DNA from: Euglena gracilis
Lineage: Eukaryota
DNA length: 64,000 bases
Direction: 5' to 3'
Assembly (NCBI GenBank): GCA_039621445.1
Contig: CP154954.1
Span: 30,818,395 to 30,882,394 of the forward strand
Shown here: positions 1-12,459 of the stretch, piece by piece
Layout of the letters: each line of letters starts with the position of its first letter
Position numbering within the stretch: position 1 is the first letter of the stretch
The notes under the pieces: generated by a model
The model's database searches: none
Seen by the model: only the letters and a program-made list of their open reading frames with translations
What the model was told of the DNA's origin: nothing
Position numbers and translations under genes: made by a program

Positions 1-3000
1 AAAATCATCTGTTTCAGGCAGTTTTGACCGTGGTTTGAAGTAGAGACAGGGTATGGCTTTACCGTTTGGTGGAGTCAGCCAAAATTTTCCTCACCATTTT
101 CGGCCGATTTTGGCTGGATTTTGGGTTGGTGGGAGGGTGGTTGACTCCCCGGGGGGGTCGTGGGCACCTGGGTTTTTGAAAAAAGTGGGTGGGTGGGTTT
201 GGGCCAGGGAAAAAGCCCCCCCGGTTTTATATTTGGGCGGAAATTTCAAGACCCCGAGGGGGGGTTTTATATTTGGGGGGGTTTTATATTTGGTCGGAAA
301 AATCAACTTCCCGGCGGGCTCCGGTAGTCACTTTTTTGGTCCAAAATCACAAATATGCCCACCCTTGGGGGTGGGCATATTTGTCCCCAAATATGCCCAC
401 CCCCAAAAACTTCATTTTTCGGGTGAAGGAGCAATTTTGACATTTTTTGGTAAAAATTGTTCCCAATTCTGCCAAAAAATCACAATTTCGGGAGAGAATT
501 GTCGAAAAATTTTCCTTCCGGCGCTTTGCGCCGGAGGGGGGGGTTATATTTGGGCGGGATTTCAAGGTCCTCAGGGGGGGTTTTATATTTGGGGGGGTTT
601 TGTATTTGGGGGGGGGGGTTATATTTGGGGGGGTTATGTTCATCACAAAGACGATGCGTTCCCACATATTGCACATGTTTGTCCTGCCTCATTTTTCTTG
701 CCTCTGAAGTGAGAGGAGGTGCAATGTGCCTGAAATGACATCTTTGGAGCAAAGGCAGGGCAGTCCATAAGGGATGGGAAGTTTTTTTTTCCCTCAAGGA
801 CCACCCCTTGAGGACCGCCCTTAGGCCAAAGGGATGGCCAACTCTTTGGATATGATGCTGTTCAACAAGTGGGAAGAATTCTGTGACATTTGGCATTTGA
901 ATGTTTCAGAGAAGCCTTTTCTTTGTAAGTTGTTGGGATGAACACCATAAAATGGCTGAAAGTGCCAAAAATTCTGTTTACAAATGGCAACAGCCCCCAA
1001 AAACGGCCACAGATTGCCCAAAATGACCAAATTGATGGAAATGTCTAAGAGTTTGACAAACAGCTGATTAGTGCTCAATTTTTTTTGGTCAAAGATGACC
1101 AAAGGTGGCCAAAAGTGACCAAAATTGCCGAAAATGCCCCAAAATCATGGCAAAAGTGGCCAAAAATGCCAGAATGGCCAAAAATGACCAAAACAGCCAA
1201 AAACGGCCCCACACCCCTGCTAAAACCCTCAAAATTTTTTGAGTCAACCCTGAGACCCAAAAATTCTGCAGAATTTTTGCTGCCAATTTCGACATCTAAG
1301 TCCGGTCCGTCTAGTCAAACTTTTTGTTGGCAATTCCCGCAGCCCAAGTAAGCGGGGGGGGGGGTGGCTGGTTTTTTTTGTGGTTTTGTTTTGGTGGCAG
1401 ACCCCCCCCATGCCACACCCACTCTCCCAAACTCTGCCCCTTCTTGCGCCAAAGGTGCTGGAATTTTTTGGGGCTTTTGGTCCCAAAAATTGATTGATAT
1501 TGATGCATTTTGTCCCGAGTAGCCAGGAAGTGGGGGGGAGAATGCAGGAAGTGGATGGTGGAAAGTGACCCCCTTCCCCCCGGGCAGGGCAGAACGGGAA
1601 TTGGCCGAACAGCCAGGGTGGTGGGTGGGGGGTCGACCCCCCCCCCCACCACCCCTTCCCGTATTTCCGGGAACACCAATTTTTGGACCCGAAAAATTTT
1701 TCCGGGCAAAAACCACCCAAAACCCCATTTTTTCACACCTTCCAAAAAAATCAACATTTTCTCAAAATGTTGATTTTGAGAGGTTTTTGAAGCAAAAAAT
1801 GCCATTGAAAGTCCAAAAAATATCAACGAGAAAAAATGTCAGTAAAATTTGACTGTGCCAAAATTTTGTCCACTTTTTTTGACCTTCGTTTTTTTCACCC
1901 CCTCCCCACCCTAAAAAGTAGCACATTTTCCCGAAATCGGTGAAAATGCTCTGGTGGGTGGGTCGACCCCCCCCCACCTCCGGGCCGGGTCGGGGGTCGA
2001 CCCCCCCCACCAGGCCTTCCCGTTCTGCCCTGCCCCCCGGGGGGTCAGTGAGCAATAATGTGGTCCAACACGTTTTTATGAAAAACCCTGGATTGACATT
2101 TTAAATGGCCACCCGCTTTTCGACTGCAATGGTCCGCCTTGCAACCTCCACCCAATTGTTTGTAAGATAAACGCTTTCGCGAAATTGTCTTCGGCTCATC
2201 CACTGGTGGGCCAAATGGGTGCACCCTTGTTGTGGTGTGCTGCTGCGTGTGCAAAGAAAACCTTTTGAAACAAAAAATAAGCAGAATGTTTTGCCATCAA
2301 TGCCATCCATGTCGACCCACGAAAGAAAAAATACTCAGCGATTTTTTTTTGCTTTTTCTTCAGCTTCAAAGTCGACGCACAAAGCGAAGCCGCACCAGTC
2401 CCCGATGCCCCTCCCACAAAAGGAAATTTGTTCCAAAAGCCCTCAAAAGCCCTCGGTCAGCAGAAAATGGGGGCCAGCGCATGCAGGGTACAAAAGCGGC
2501 GACACACGCCGGCCGTTTGTTTTGTGGATTGCGATGCGTTGGGCTCGGTGTTGCCGCTTAGTGCCGCCTCGAAAAACGTTAGCTGCATTGTCTTCCAAGG
2601 GGCGGTCATCAGGCATGGCCTCACAAGATCTTTGCGTTCCGCCCCCGCTGCCCCTCCCTCCCTTGTCGTTTTCCACGAGGGTTTTTGAGTCACAGACGAG
2701 CACCATCGGCCAACGACGCGGAACGACAGGACCGCCGGCGAATAAGGAAAGGCTCCGAAGGTCTTTGTGCTCCGCCGTCGGCGTTCCTTCCTCGCTTGTG
2801 GTTTTCCTCGGTCGCCTTCCCATCTTCTTGTGCTCCTCCCCTCTTCCTCCCTGAGACGTGGGTGTCCGTGGTGACTTAAAGTGCCTTAAAAGGAAGTGGG
2901 GACGTCGGGCTGTGCACAGCACAAGCCCCTGCTTGCCTGCGGCCGGGCTACTCCCGCACTGGCCTTCGCACGCAAGAATCCGCGGTATCCAACCGCTGAG

Positions 3001-3699
3001 AGTCCAGAAGTCAGGGATAACTTGAAAACAAGACTGAGATCAAGTTCAGAGAGTAGGAGAGTACCTCAGCTACGTCCTCTGACTTCATTCATGTCAAAAT
3101 CTCATTTTTTCTGGTTTCGTCTTTGCAGGCAGTTTTGGAGTTTTGGCAGGCAACACAACCCACAGTTACTTTGCTTAAACCCCAGAACACACCTTATTTC
3201 AGCCAACTTTTTTCCAACAGGTTTTCTGCACGGGTGTTGAAAATCATCTGCAGATGGAGCAAATTGTTCAAGAACTTCAAAGAATGAGACAAGAATTTGA
3301 GAATCTGAAAACACATGTGGGGCAAAATGAAAAGCAAGGGCAACAACCAGCCCCCCCATGCCCCAAAGGACAATGAATTCGAAGAAGATGTTTCAATAGG
3401 AGCTGAAGAGGAGGCAACCCACACTGATTAGACTGCTGTCTTACCCCCCACACACGTTAACCCCACCCATACTGATGCCCTAGCCTTTAGCCAGAGGCTG
3501 GGCTCTCCTCCCCCCTTGACCTTTTGAAAATAATCTTCTGAGGATCTGAAAATGTATGTGAGGCTGAAAAAAAAATCAAAAACTGCAGATTTCACACCAG
3601 CCGCACAGGAAACCGTTACCGAGTACTTGAACACAGGTGCCATAGACCACTCACAAACGAGGAGTGGGCAAAAACCAGCCAGTGGACACTAAAATTTCC

Positions 3700-4300
3700 C
3701 GGAGAGAAAAAAATAAACCGGAAAAATCAGGTTGATCACAGACCTCAGGAACATAAACCAGTGCCAAAACATCGTACGACACAGTGCAGACGCCTGTAAG
3801 ACCCTGCCGCAGACTCCGAAGCAAAAAGATTTGCACTGGGGGATAGCTCTGGACATCCAATCATTTTTCCACCACTTGCAGGTGCACTCCCACATTCAGA
3901 GGTAGATGCGTTTCTAAATCGGCGAAAACGCTTTTCAGATCCAGGCCCTTCCATTTGGATGAGCTTTCAGACCCTGGTGGTCACAGAAACTGACAAAACC
4001 ACTGAGGGCCTCGCTGAACCAGAAAAACATACAACATGTGTGGTATGCGGACGACTTTCTTCTGCTGGGGAAGACATCATAATCCACCAGGTTGAGGGCA
4101 GCTTCCCTCATCGAGCAACTGATAAAGTGTGTGATCAGGCTGATTTGGAAAAGAAAATGAACGACCCAGCACAGACATTGACGTACCTTGGACACCGGAT
4201 CGCCCTGACAACCAACAAAATCAGGCCCCTGGAGCACAAGAACCAATTGAAATTGACTCAGATAAAACACAAACTGACGGGACAGTGGTTCCAACCCTGG
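3700..4300 (+). pseudogene. Second, decayed DIRS-like reverse transcriptase
   Basis: Translation from 3837: WGIALDIQSFFHHLQVHSHIQR*MRF*IGENAFQIQALPFG*...WYADDFLLLG. Flanked by GKIRLITDLRNIN upstream and PAQTLTYLGHRI downstream. Contains in-frame stops. Confidence 0.8.
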
Positions 4301-6151
4301 CGGAGAGGAGGCCAGCAGCCAGCCTGATCGAGGACCCCAGCCACCCCCCCACCACATGAACCAGCGTGAAGGACAGTGCGGGCGCAGCCCAGCCACAGGC
4401 AAGCAGCGGCTTGCGCTATGCACTCCTCGCCCCCCTCAACCTTCCTATGTCGGTTTCGGTGAGGCACCCTGTCCTGGGTGGGGCTGGCTTGGGCGTCAGC
4501 CTGGCCGTAAGGGGGGGACGGTTCAATCGCAGCGACACCTCGGGCTCCGCACTTTGCCATTGTGAGGCCATGCCTTGCTCGCCTTGTTCGCTGCGCTGGG
4601 TTAGGAGGTCCCGCTTAGTGCCATTTTTCGCCGGAGTTGGCTGATTCCTAACTTGCCCTTCGACACCCAGAAGAAAGGAAAAGAGTTCACGAACGAAGAA
4701 GAACCGAGAAAAGAAGTCAATATCATTCAATATCCAGAAGGACACGATCCAGACGAACAGCAATTGAGAATTCAATTAACAATTTTCAATTTTGACTTCA
4801 ATGAGCAATGCAGTGGAGAAGAAATTGGGAAGTCATGGCCACGGACGTCCTGGAGCAGTTGCCGCAGAAACAGGAGAACTTGGAGATGCGGTCGACACGC
4901 GACGAACCGTGGCCGTTTTTCCCCCCTAGACCCCCACCCCAGAAATTTGCCAGCCCAAACCCCCCCCCCCCCAGTGACGGCCACGGTCCTTGGACCACTG
5001 TGGCCGGAAGGCCCAGAAGGCAAAAGTCTGCCCCAGCCCTTGATGGGCAAAAGATGGGCCAGGGGGGCCCAAATTGCTCCACAATTGAACAATCACAACC
5101 CACACATGTGGGGCATCTCCCCCAAAGGCGCCCAGTCGCCTACACAACAATTGGCCAAAGGATGGCGAGATGGAATCAAGGCCAAGGAGGGCAACACTAC
5201 AGGGGCCATGGGGGCCAGTTTTACAAACAAATCCCCTCATGAAGGGGCAGAAAAGGTCTGTCCAACCCCCCCCAATTCATCCATCACAAGAGCCCCTCTC
5301 AAGGGGAAAAGGGGGGGCCACAGCAGCCCCCCCAGATTTCAAGTGGGGTTGGAGGCCAAATCAAGGCCTGAAGGATTATGGAAGAAAATTTACACATGGA
5401 GACCTTGGAGACCAGCAGGGTGGACCCACAGTGGCCACCAAGAAGCTAAGGGGCATCATGCCCAACCAGCAGGGTGGACCCACAGTGGCCACCAAGAAGC
5501 TAAGACAGCTGCTGGAGAAATCCCCCGAGGGACCCACAGAGGCCCTCTGCCAAAAATTGGGGAAAAGGGGACCCACAGTGGTCCCTTTGATGACCCAGCC
5601 TCAGGAGGAAAAGGGACCCACAGTGGCCCTTTTGGAGGGAGGGGCAGATACCCATCCAACATTTATTTCTCAATTCCCGATCAATCAATCAAGGGGGGGA
5701 CCCACAGAGGCCCCCCTATGGTATGGCAACCAACCACATCAACATGGAGAAGACCAGATAGGCCAAACAGGGGCATTAAGCCCTATGGTATGTCTTCCAA
5801 CAACAAGATCATCCAGAGAGGTGAGCAGAGAGGGAGAGAGTGCATGCACATCCCCCCAGAAAACATTTCATTTTCCAAGGGCACAAGCCCTAGGGGACCT
5901 AGGGGTGCAATGTCCAACACCCCCAACCCAGCCCCCCCAGCATCATCTCACCCAGAAAATAAATTCAATGGAGGAGGTATGGGGAGACACCCCCCTCCAT
6001 CAAAGGTTACAAAAAAGCCTAAAATGTCCAACATCTCCACCCCGGCCCCCCCTAAATCATCTTATCCAGGAAATAAATTCAATGGGAGAAAAATGGGGAG
6101 ACACCCCCCTCCATCAAAGGCTGCAAAAAAGCTTGAAATGGTGGGCAAAAA

Positions 6152-7500
6152 ATGCCCCCCCCCCCAACAACATGTCAACTCATCAGGGATGGCATTCAAC
6201 CCCCCTGGGTAAACCCACCAAAACTGTCCACCCACCCAAAACCCAGAGCAAATTTGAACCTACCCCAAGCAGAAAAAATACTGCTGGATTACGAAAAATC
6301 TGGATCCGTAAGGAGGGTGAGGGATTCAACCACCCAGCACCTCATCCCCTGGTTTTTGATTTCAAAGCCAGAGGGGGGACAGACAAAATGGAGATTAATA
6401 AGCGATTGCAGGGAAATAAATCAAAGGTTCCAAGTGAAACCTTTCAAGCTGGATCACATCCAGCACATTTTTCCAGTTTTGGAAAAGGCCACTGGGCAGC
6501 AAAAATAGACCTGAAGGATGCCTATTTTCATATTCCAGTAAGTCCAGGCCTAAGGCCATTTTTAAGGCATCAGGTGGGGGGCAGACCTGGGAATTCCAGG
6601 CAGGCTGTTTTGGCCTGAACATAATGCCCCAAATTTTCATGTCAGTCATGAAGACATTCGAAAAGCTGTGGAGGAAAAGGGGCATCCAGGTATTTATTTA
6701 CCTGGACGACATTTTACTGGTGGCCCCAACACAAAACATCTTACAAAATCACCTGAACACAGTCGTCAGGGATTTAATCAAATCAGGGTTCAAAATCAAT
6801 GTAAAAAAGTCCACCCTGCAGCCCACCCAAATCGTAAATCATCTTGGATTTCAACTAAACTTCCAAGAGGGAAAATTACAGGTGCCCCCCCAGAAAATAA
6901 AAACAGTAAAAAATGAGCTGGGAAAAATGGTGAAAAAAGATTACATGTCAAAAAGGCAACTGGCTGCCATTTTGGGCCAAATAAGATGCAACCTTATGGC
7001 CCTGCCCTTTCTAAGGGCCTTTACGGATGCCCTGGCAGATTTTTTGGTAAAAAATTCCACAGCCCCCTGGGACTCAAAACATCCCATTTCCCAAAGAATA
7101 AAGGACCAATTAAGAGAAATAAAAATTCTGCTGGACACCTGGGGGGGCAGACCCTTCCCCCAAAGTGCAACCAGAGAGTTGCACTCAGACAGCAGTACTC
7201 ATGCCTGGGGGGGGCTGGACATCCGAACAGGCAAAATTGTGCAAGAATTTTGGAGGGAAAACTCCATTTTGCGCATAAATGTCAAAGAATTAAGTGCAGC
7301 AATAAGCACAGTTCAAAGCCTCAGCCAGCCAGGGGAAACTGTGTCCCTATCTGTGGACAATCAAGTAATTTACTATTACCTAACAAAAGGGGGGGGGGCA
7401 GAAAAGACCCTTTCAATTCCATGCTAAGACCCTTCTTCAAATGGTGCATGGAACACAACATAAACCTGCAAGTAAGATGGTCCCCTCAAAAGAATGCCTG
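6152..7500 (+). CDS. DIRS pol: reverse transcriptase + RNase H (frameshifted at homopolymers)
   Basis: Motifs WRLISDCREIN, WAAKIDLKDAYFHIPV, FGLNIMPQIF, IYLDDILL, HLGFQLN and LHSDSSTHAWGG are spread over ORFs 6152-6508, 5170-6618 and 6624-7427. Confidence 0.9.
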
Positions 7501-7824
7501 GCAGACCCCATAAGCAGATGGGAAATGGACAGGGGGGATTACTCACTGGACCCCCAACTTTTTCAATGGCTGAGGCAGCAGTTCAAAAAGTACATCAGTC
7601 TAAAAACAGACCTTTTTGCCTCACCAGGCAACAAAAAACTGCCACAATTTGTGGCCAGGTGGCCCCACTGGGGAGCCACAGCAGTGGATGCATTACAATG
7701 TCCACTGGACAACATGGGGGATCTTTATGCAAACCCCCCCTGGTCTGTAATCCAAAAGTTTCTCCCCAGATTGAAAATGTTTCCACAGACCAAAGTTTTG
7801 ATGGTCACCCCCTACTGGGACTGA
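7500..7824 (+). CDS. DIRS-type N6-adenine methyltransferase-like domain at the pol C-terminus
   Basis: TDLFASPGNKKLPQF...VDAL...LYANPPWSVI; a DLFA motif plus NPPW is typical of the MT-like domain of DIRS1 elements. Confidence 0.8.
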
Positions 7825-7929
7825 GCCACATGGTGGCCCCAGTTAATAAAAATGAAAGTTCCAGGGACCCCCTGCCTGAAAATCACCCCCTACATGGGTA
7901 TGTTCACCAATTGCAGGGGGGAAGAAATG

Positions 7930-8640
7930 CCACCCCCCAGGTGGCCCCTCCTTTGCATGATTTGCTCAGGCAAATTTTGGAGGGGAAACAAGTAAAAAAT
8001 TCATCCATTAAAGATTTCCTGGGAAGAAACCCCAGTTTGAAAAGGTACCAAAGTGCCTTTACGCTTTTATGGGTAATTTTGGACAAAATGGGGGTACCCC
8101 CCCCTGAAGCCACCACTGACCAAGTGGTTGACGCTTTAATCCAACTGTTTCAATTTTCAAAGGCCCAAGCACGCAATGCATACAGCGCTATGCTATTGAT
8201 TCCTGGCTTTGGAGGCCTAAAGTTCCATGCCATGTTGGCACCTTATAAAAGGCTTTGGAACCAAAACCTGGAGAAATATGGGGCATTCTGGGAGCGAGTT
8301 GTCTCCATTCCCCAGTGCCCACAAATCAGTCCCTTTCATTTAATGTTGTCTTATGTGGCAGCAACACGTTTCTTTATGAAACCTGGGGGCCCCCTTTTAA
8401 TTACGTTAAAACCCCCTACAGAGCCATTAAGGCAGACACCATTGCTTCTATCACCAAAGAATTTTTGACCAAACAGGGGGTACCCCCCCAGGTTTGCGGA
8501 CCCCACTCCACCAGAGGGGCAGGGGTTGGATTGCTCAAAAAATTGGGTCTTTCTGCCCAAGAAGTTTGTGAAATTGGTCAATGGAAGGGGGTGGAGGCTT
8601 TTACAGCCCATTATCAAAGACTTGGTGCCCAAGGTTCTTT
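7930..8640 (+). pseudogene. DIRS tyrosine recombinase, frameshifted and apparently internally deleted
   Basis: C-terminal catalytic boxes are present (GPHSTRGAG...IGQWKGVEAFTAHYQR). No box-I Arg region is visible between YGAFW and ERVV. Frameshift near 8418. Confidence 0.8.
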
Positions 8641-8678
8641 GGAGAATGCCCTGGCCCCCCTTTTTTCAGTGCACAATC

Positions 8679-8785
8679 TGGCCTCACAATGGCAAAGTGC
8701 GGAGCCCGAGGTGTCTCGTACTCCCTCGAGGCAGACCGAGAAGGGAGGAAGGGACACCGAGGGCGAAGCACAAAGACATTGTGAG
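8679..8785. repeat. Internal complementary region (ICR) of the DIRS element
   Basis: Its reverse complement reads ...gggagtacgag-acacctcggg..., i.e. the right terminus joined to the left terminus (circle-junction sequence). Confidence 0.85.
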
Positions 8786-11700
8786 CCCGACCCCCCCACC
8801 CATTTAAGAAAGTTTGTCTTCAAACGCCCTCTGTCAGAAGATGGGGGCCAGGGGGGGGGAGGTGGGGGGGGGACCCCCCCAGGCAAAGAAACAGCGCCAC
8901 GGTCGCCACGTCGGAGACAAAGCAGCCAACTCCGGCGAGGCGGCACTAAGCGGGACCTCCTAACCCAGCGCAGCGAACAATCACACAGCACCGCCGGCGA
9001 GCAAGGCATGGCCTCACAATGTCTTTGTGCTTCGCCCTCGGTGTCCCTTCCTCCCTTCTCGGTCTGCCTCGAGGGAGTACGAGTCCTGCCCCAGGGTTTT
9101 TCTTCGAGGGGTTCGATTCTTTTTTTTGTGGGGTCGTCAACCTGTTGCGTGGTGCGTCGTTTGAACCGGTTTCATCTCCAGATTGCGTTTCTTGTTTGTT
9201 GAAGTCTGGGTTCAAAATTGAAATTTCTCGGAAGTTTGCTGATGAGTTTCTCGTTTAGTGAGCGTGAAAAAGAAGTGAGAATGGACCGCTTAAAAAAAAA
9301 CAATCGCCAGTAGGTCCGATCTTGGGACAGTCCTGTGCAAGGAAGGCCCGATTTCTCACAAACGTGCCTCTGCTTTAGGGACTCCAGGGGCCGAGGGCAC
9401 ATTTCTGGTTGGCAAAGACACAAAACAATTCCAGCAAACCCCAAAAAATCAACTAAGAAAGACAGAAATAGGAGTTATGGCACAGCCCTCATCGATGGAT
9501 ATGTCGTCATGCATAACTGGATAAAAGGTTGGAAAAAATTTGTTTGGGTGGTCAGAGAAAGGTGATAGGGAGAGGACAGCATAGCATACAGGATGCGCGA
9601 AAGATGCGATACGGACAGGAAAGAGCGCTACTCTTCCAGAATGTCCCGAAAAAGGCACAGGAGCGCGCAAACGGCGGGTGTGGGTCGAAAAAATGGAAAT
9701 TAATCCCTTTGCCATCCACCCGCAAATACCCGTTCACTTGGAGAAAATGGGACCAAGGCGCAGAATTTCCTTGGTTGGGGTACCCAACGGGGTCCCACCC
9801 ACGCGAACGCAACGCTCAACAATCCGGCACAGGCAATCACCCACACCGCTGGGCAAACCAGCACATCGCTTGTTGGTCCCCCAAAGACGTACCAATTTCA
9901 GCACATGGGCATTTTCACAGATTTTTCGGTGCCCACTTTTTGTTTGGATTTTCCCCAAACATCCCGTCCCTGCAGGTTGCGCGGCCTAATCAACCGTCCA
10001 CGTTGAGGCACAGGACCCCTGCCGACTGGAAGAACGCTCGCTGGGCATCGAACTGCTGGCAGCGGCCGACTGAAGCCATCGGTCCACAGGTTACTTTGTC
10101 TGGGCACAACCCCGCCCCACCTCCTCCTGATTGACAACTGCCCACGACCCCCCCCCCCTCCCAGCCAGGTTATTGCTTGTTATGGCTGGCCAGTGGACCC
10201 CGAGGGGGTCGGGTCCACTGGCTGGCCATTTTACAACACATATAAAAAAAATGGACCAGACCCCCCCCTCCTGGCTCGAGGGAAGAGGACACCTCCGGGG
10301 TCCCCTCCTGACTGGAAAAAAAATTGCCACCCAAAAGAGAGGGACCTGCATCATTTGTCGATGTTGTGACCCAGGGAATAGGCCCAATTTTGATGATTTT
10401 TCAGGCTGTGCACTAGGCTTGAAAAAAAGTTCAAACCTCTGGGTTTCAACTCTGGGAGACGCGAATTTCCCCCCAAAAAGGGCCAAAACCCCCGTTGTGA
10501 ATGGAACAGGCTTCTTTTTACCAACCCGGGGGGAGGGGGGTGCCTTGCGCTCTGGGGTGCCTGCCCATAGTAGGCACCCCATGGGGGGGGGGTCGGTTTC
10601 GGCCCCCGGTGCCTGTTGACCCAGCCAAATTTTCCTTTGAAAATGGCCCATTTCCGGGCCCCGGTGCCTTCGGATTGCACCACCCACCCAAAATCCTCCC
10701 CCCCCCCCCCCCCCGCTGGGACCTCGGGGGGTCGAAAATACCCCCCCCCCGCCTGCCCATAGCCCCCCCAGAGGGGGGGGGGGAGGGTGCGCATTTCCTA
10801 AAAAAGAAGCCTGGATTTTTGAAACCCAACAAACCTCCACCCTTCTCATCGAATACATCAAAAAACTCCCCGAATAGTTCGTAATTGTTCAGGGGGCAAA
10901 TGTGGTTCCGCCCCCCGACGAAAGAACATCGGAAATGCCAGTGTGTTCCCTCCACAGGCGGCCACATGGTCGGGTCTGGGAGCTGCTGGCACAGGCCGGG
11001 TTGCCCACCACGGCGCAGAGGTCATACCGGGCAGGCCGGGGAATGGGCCAGTGCTCCACCGCCCAGCCGCTGTGCAGAACTGTGGGTTCGCCGTCCAATG
11101 CAACACGGAATGCACACAGGCACTGCATGGACGAAAGGACACACGTTTGGGCAGAGGTGCCTTCGGAGACGGCCAAGATGCATCACGTTGATCCCTTTGA
11201 CCATAATTCGGGCTTGGGCGAATGACACGTGTATTACAAAGGGATCGGACGTTTCCGAATGCTGATCATGCCGCTCTTCCTGGAATCGAAGCATCATTGT
11301 TATTCCGTTTGGGCAGTCGGCACAACTCCGCAAAAGTGGAAACACGCAGACCGGGACGCCAAATTGGGTTCTTGTGGCCTAAATTCCAAAGTGGTGCCTC
11401 TTCCACCTTGTCCAAGACACGCCAATTTTCAGGGAATGGGTCGTTGATATGGGGGGGGGGGTGCCAACACCACCGCAATTAAATAAAAAAACCTCAGGTG
11501 GATTTCCAGAAAATTGTTGACACAGGGGGTGTCTCAACGACACGGTGTGTCTTGGACAATACCGAAAGGTGACTTGGGGGTCTCTCACACTTTTTTCTCA
11601 AAGGACAATTGAAAGCCGAGAAGGAAACTCCTTGAGCACTGCCCCAGCCCAAAATCTTCCAGCGAAAGCCCAAGGTCACTGAGGACGCTGTCAGGGTGGG

Positions 11701-12459
11701 ACAAACCACCTTGAGCCAGAACCACCAACCACCTTTTGGCAGAAATTCTGATGAAATCATTCTTCAATACAAAAATTGGTGAATTGATGTTCTCAAGAGA
11801 TAAATCACACAAAAATGATATCACCCGTTTAAAGAATACCGAACAATGATGCTGAAAAGCACAAATCAACAGAAAAATAGCAGAAGAAATCCTTCATGTG
11901 GCTTCTAATCAGAACATCTAAAAAATCAGACTTTTGGCACTTTGTCTTGGTGGCGGTTGTGGTTTCTTTTGTCGACATCTGGAAAGGCATCGATGAGAGC
12001 TTAAAAAGCAGAATCCGCAACATCACAAACCCACGTCCTCCCCAAATAGTTGTGGTGGCAAGTTGGGCAGAATGCGAGGGGGTGACAACCAGAGGGGTGG
12101 GGGTGAGCCCCATTCATTTCTGAGGGGTGCAGACTCAACTAGAGGCAAAATCATCAACATGTATCCACATGCAAAGAACCGTCTCTGTGTTGGGGTCCAA
12201 CAACACAGAGTCAATTCTTTGCCTCTGGATACACATTGTTGAATTTATGCTGACATCCCCCAATGGAAACGCAGAGCCGCTACAGGCTTAGTGCCAATAC
12301 AAAGCCGCACGCTTCCGATGCCCAAAGCACGCCCGCACTTCAATTAAGTTAGGGGGTGGGGCCTGCGCAACCTCCTCAAAGGCGCTGGCTTCCAATGCCC
12401 CAAAATACAGCGATTTGATGGGACACCGCAGCACGGGTCTGGGGTGGTGGCGCAGTCCC

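Larger units (their letters stand above)
4534..9083 (+). mobile_element. DIRS1-like tyrosine-recombinase retrotransposon with inverted terminal repeats and an internal complementary region (ICR)
   Basis: Encodes RT (IDLKDAYFHIP...YLDDILL), RNase H (SDSSTHAWG...INVKEL...VDNQ), an MT-like domain (NPPW) and a YR (HSTRG...GQW...HY). Left end 4559-4622 is the inverted complement of 8942-9021. Segment 8679-8785 is complementary to the left terminus (4534-4570) followed directly by the right terminus (9015-9083). Confidence 0.93.

Noticed and set aside
53-2055. Gly/Pro/Lys-rich ORFs in the ORF track
   Set aside because: They are translations of homopolymer-rich MITE repeats, not proteins.
4653-6150. 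Confident gag call for the DIRS element
   Set aside because: The position fits, but the sequence is low-complexity Q/P/G with internal duplications and no diagnostic motif.
10507-10813. MITE with CAGGCTTCTTTTT TIRs as an intron
   Set aside because: TIRs are present, but there is no matching TSD and no coding flanks.
11480-12250. Possible decayed transposase fragment (also ~22260-23100 and ~61900-62800)
   Set aside because: Only vague motif hints and many stops; cannot be supported without a profile search.
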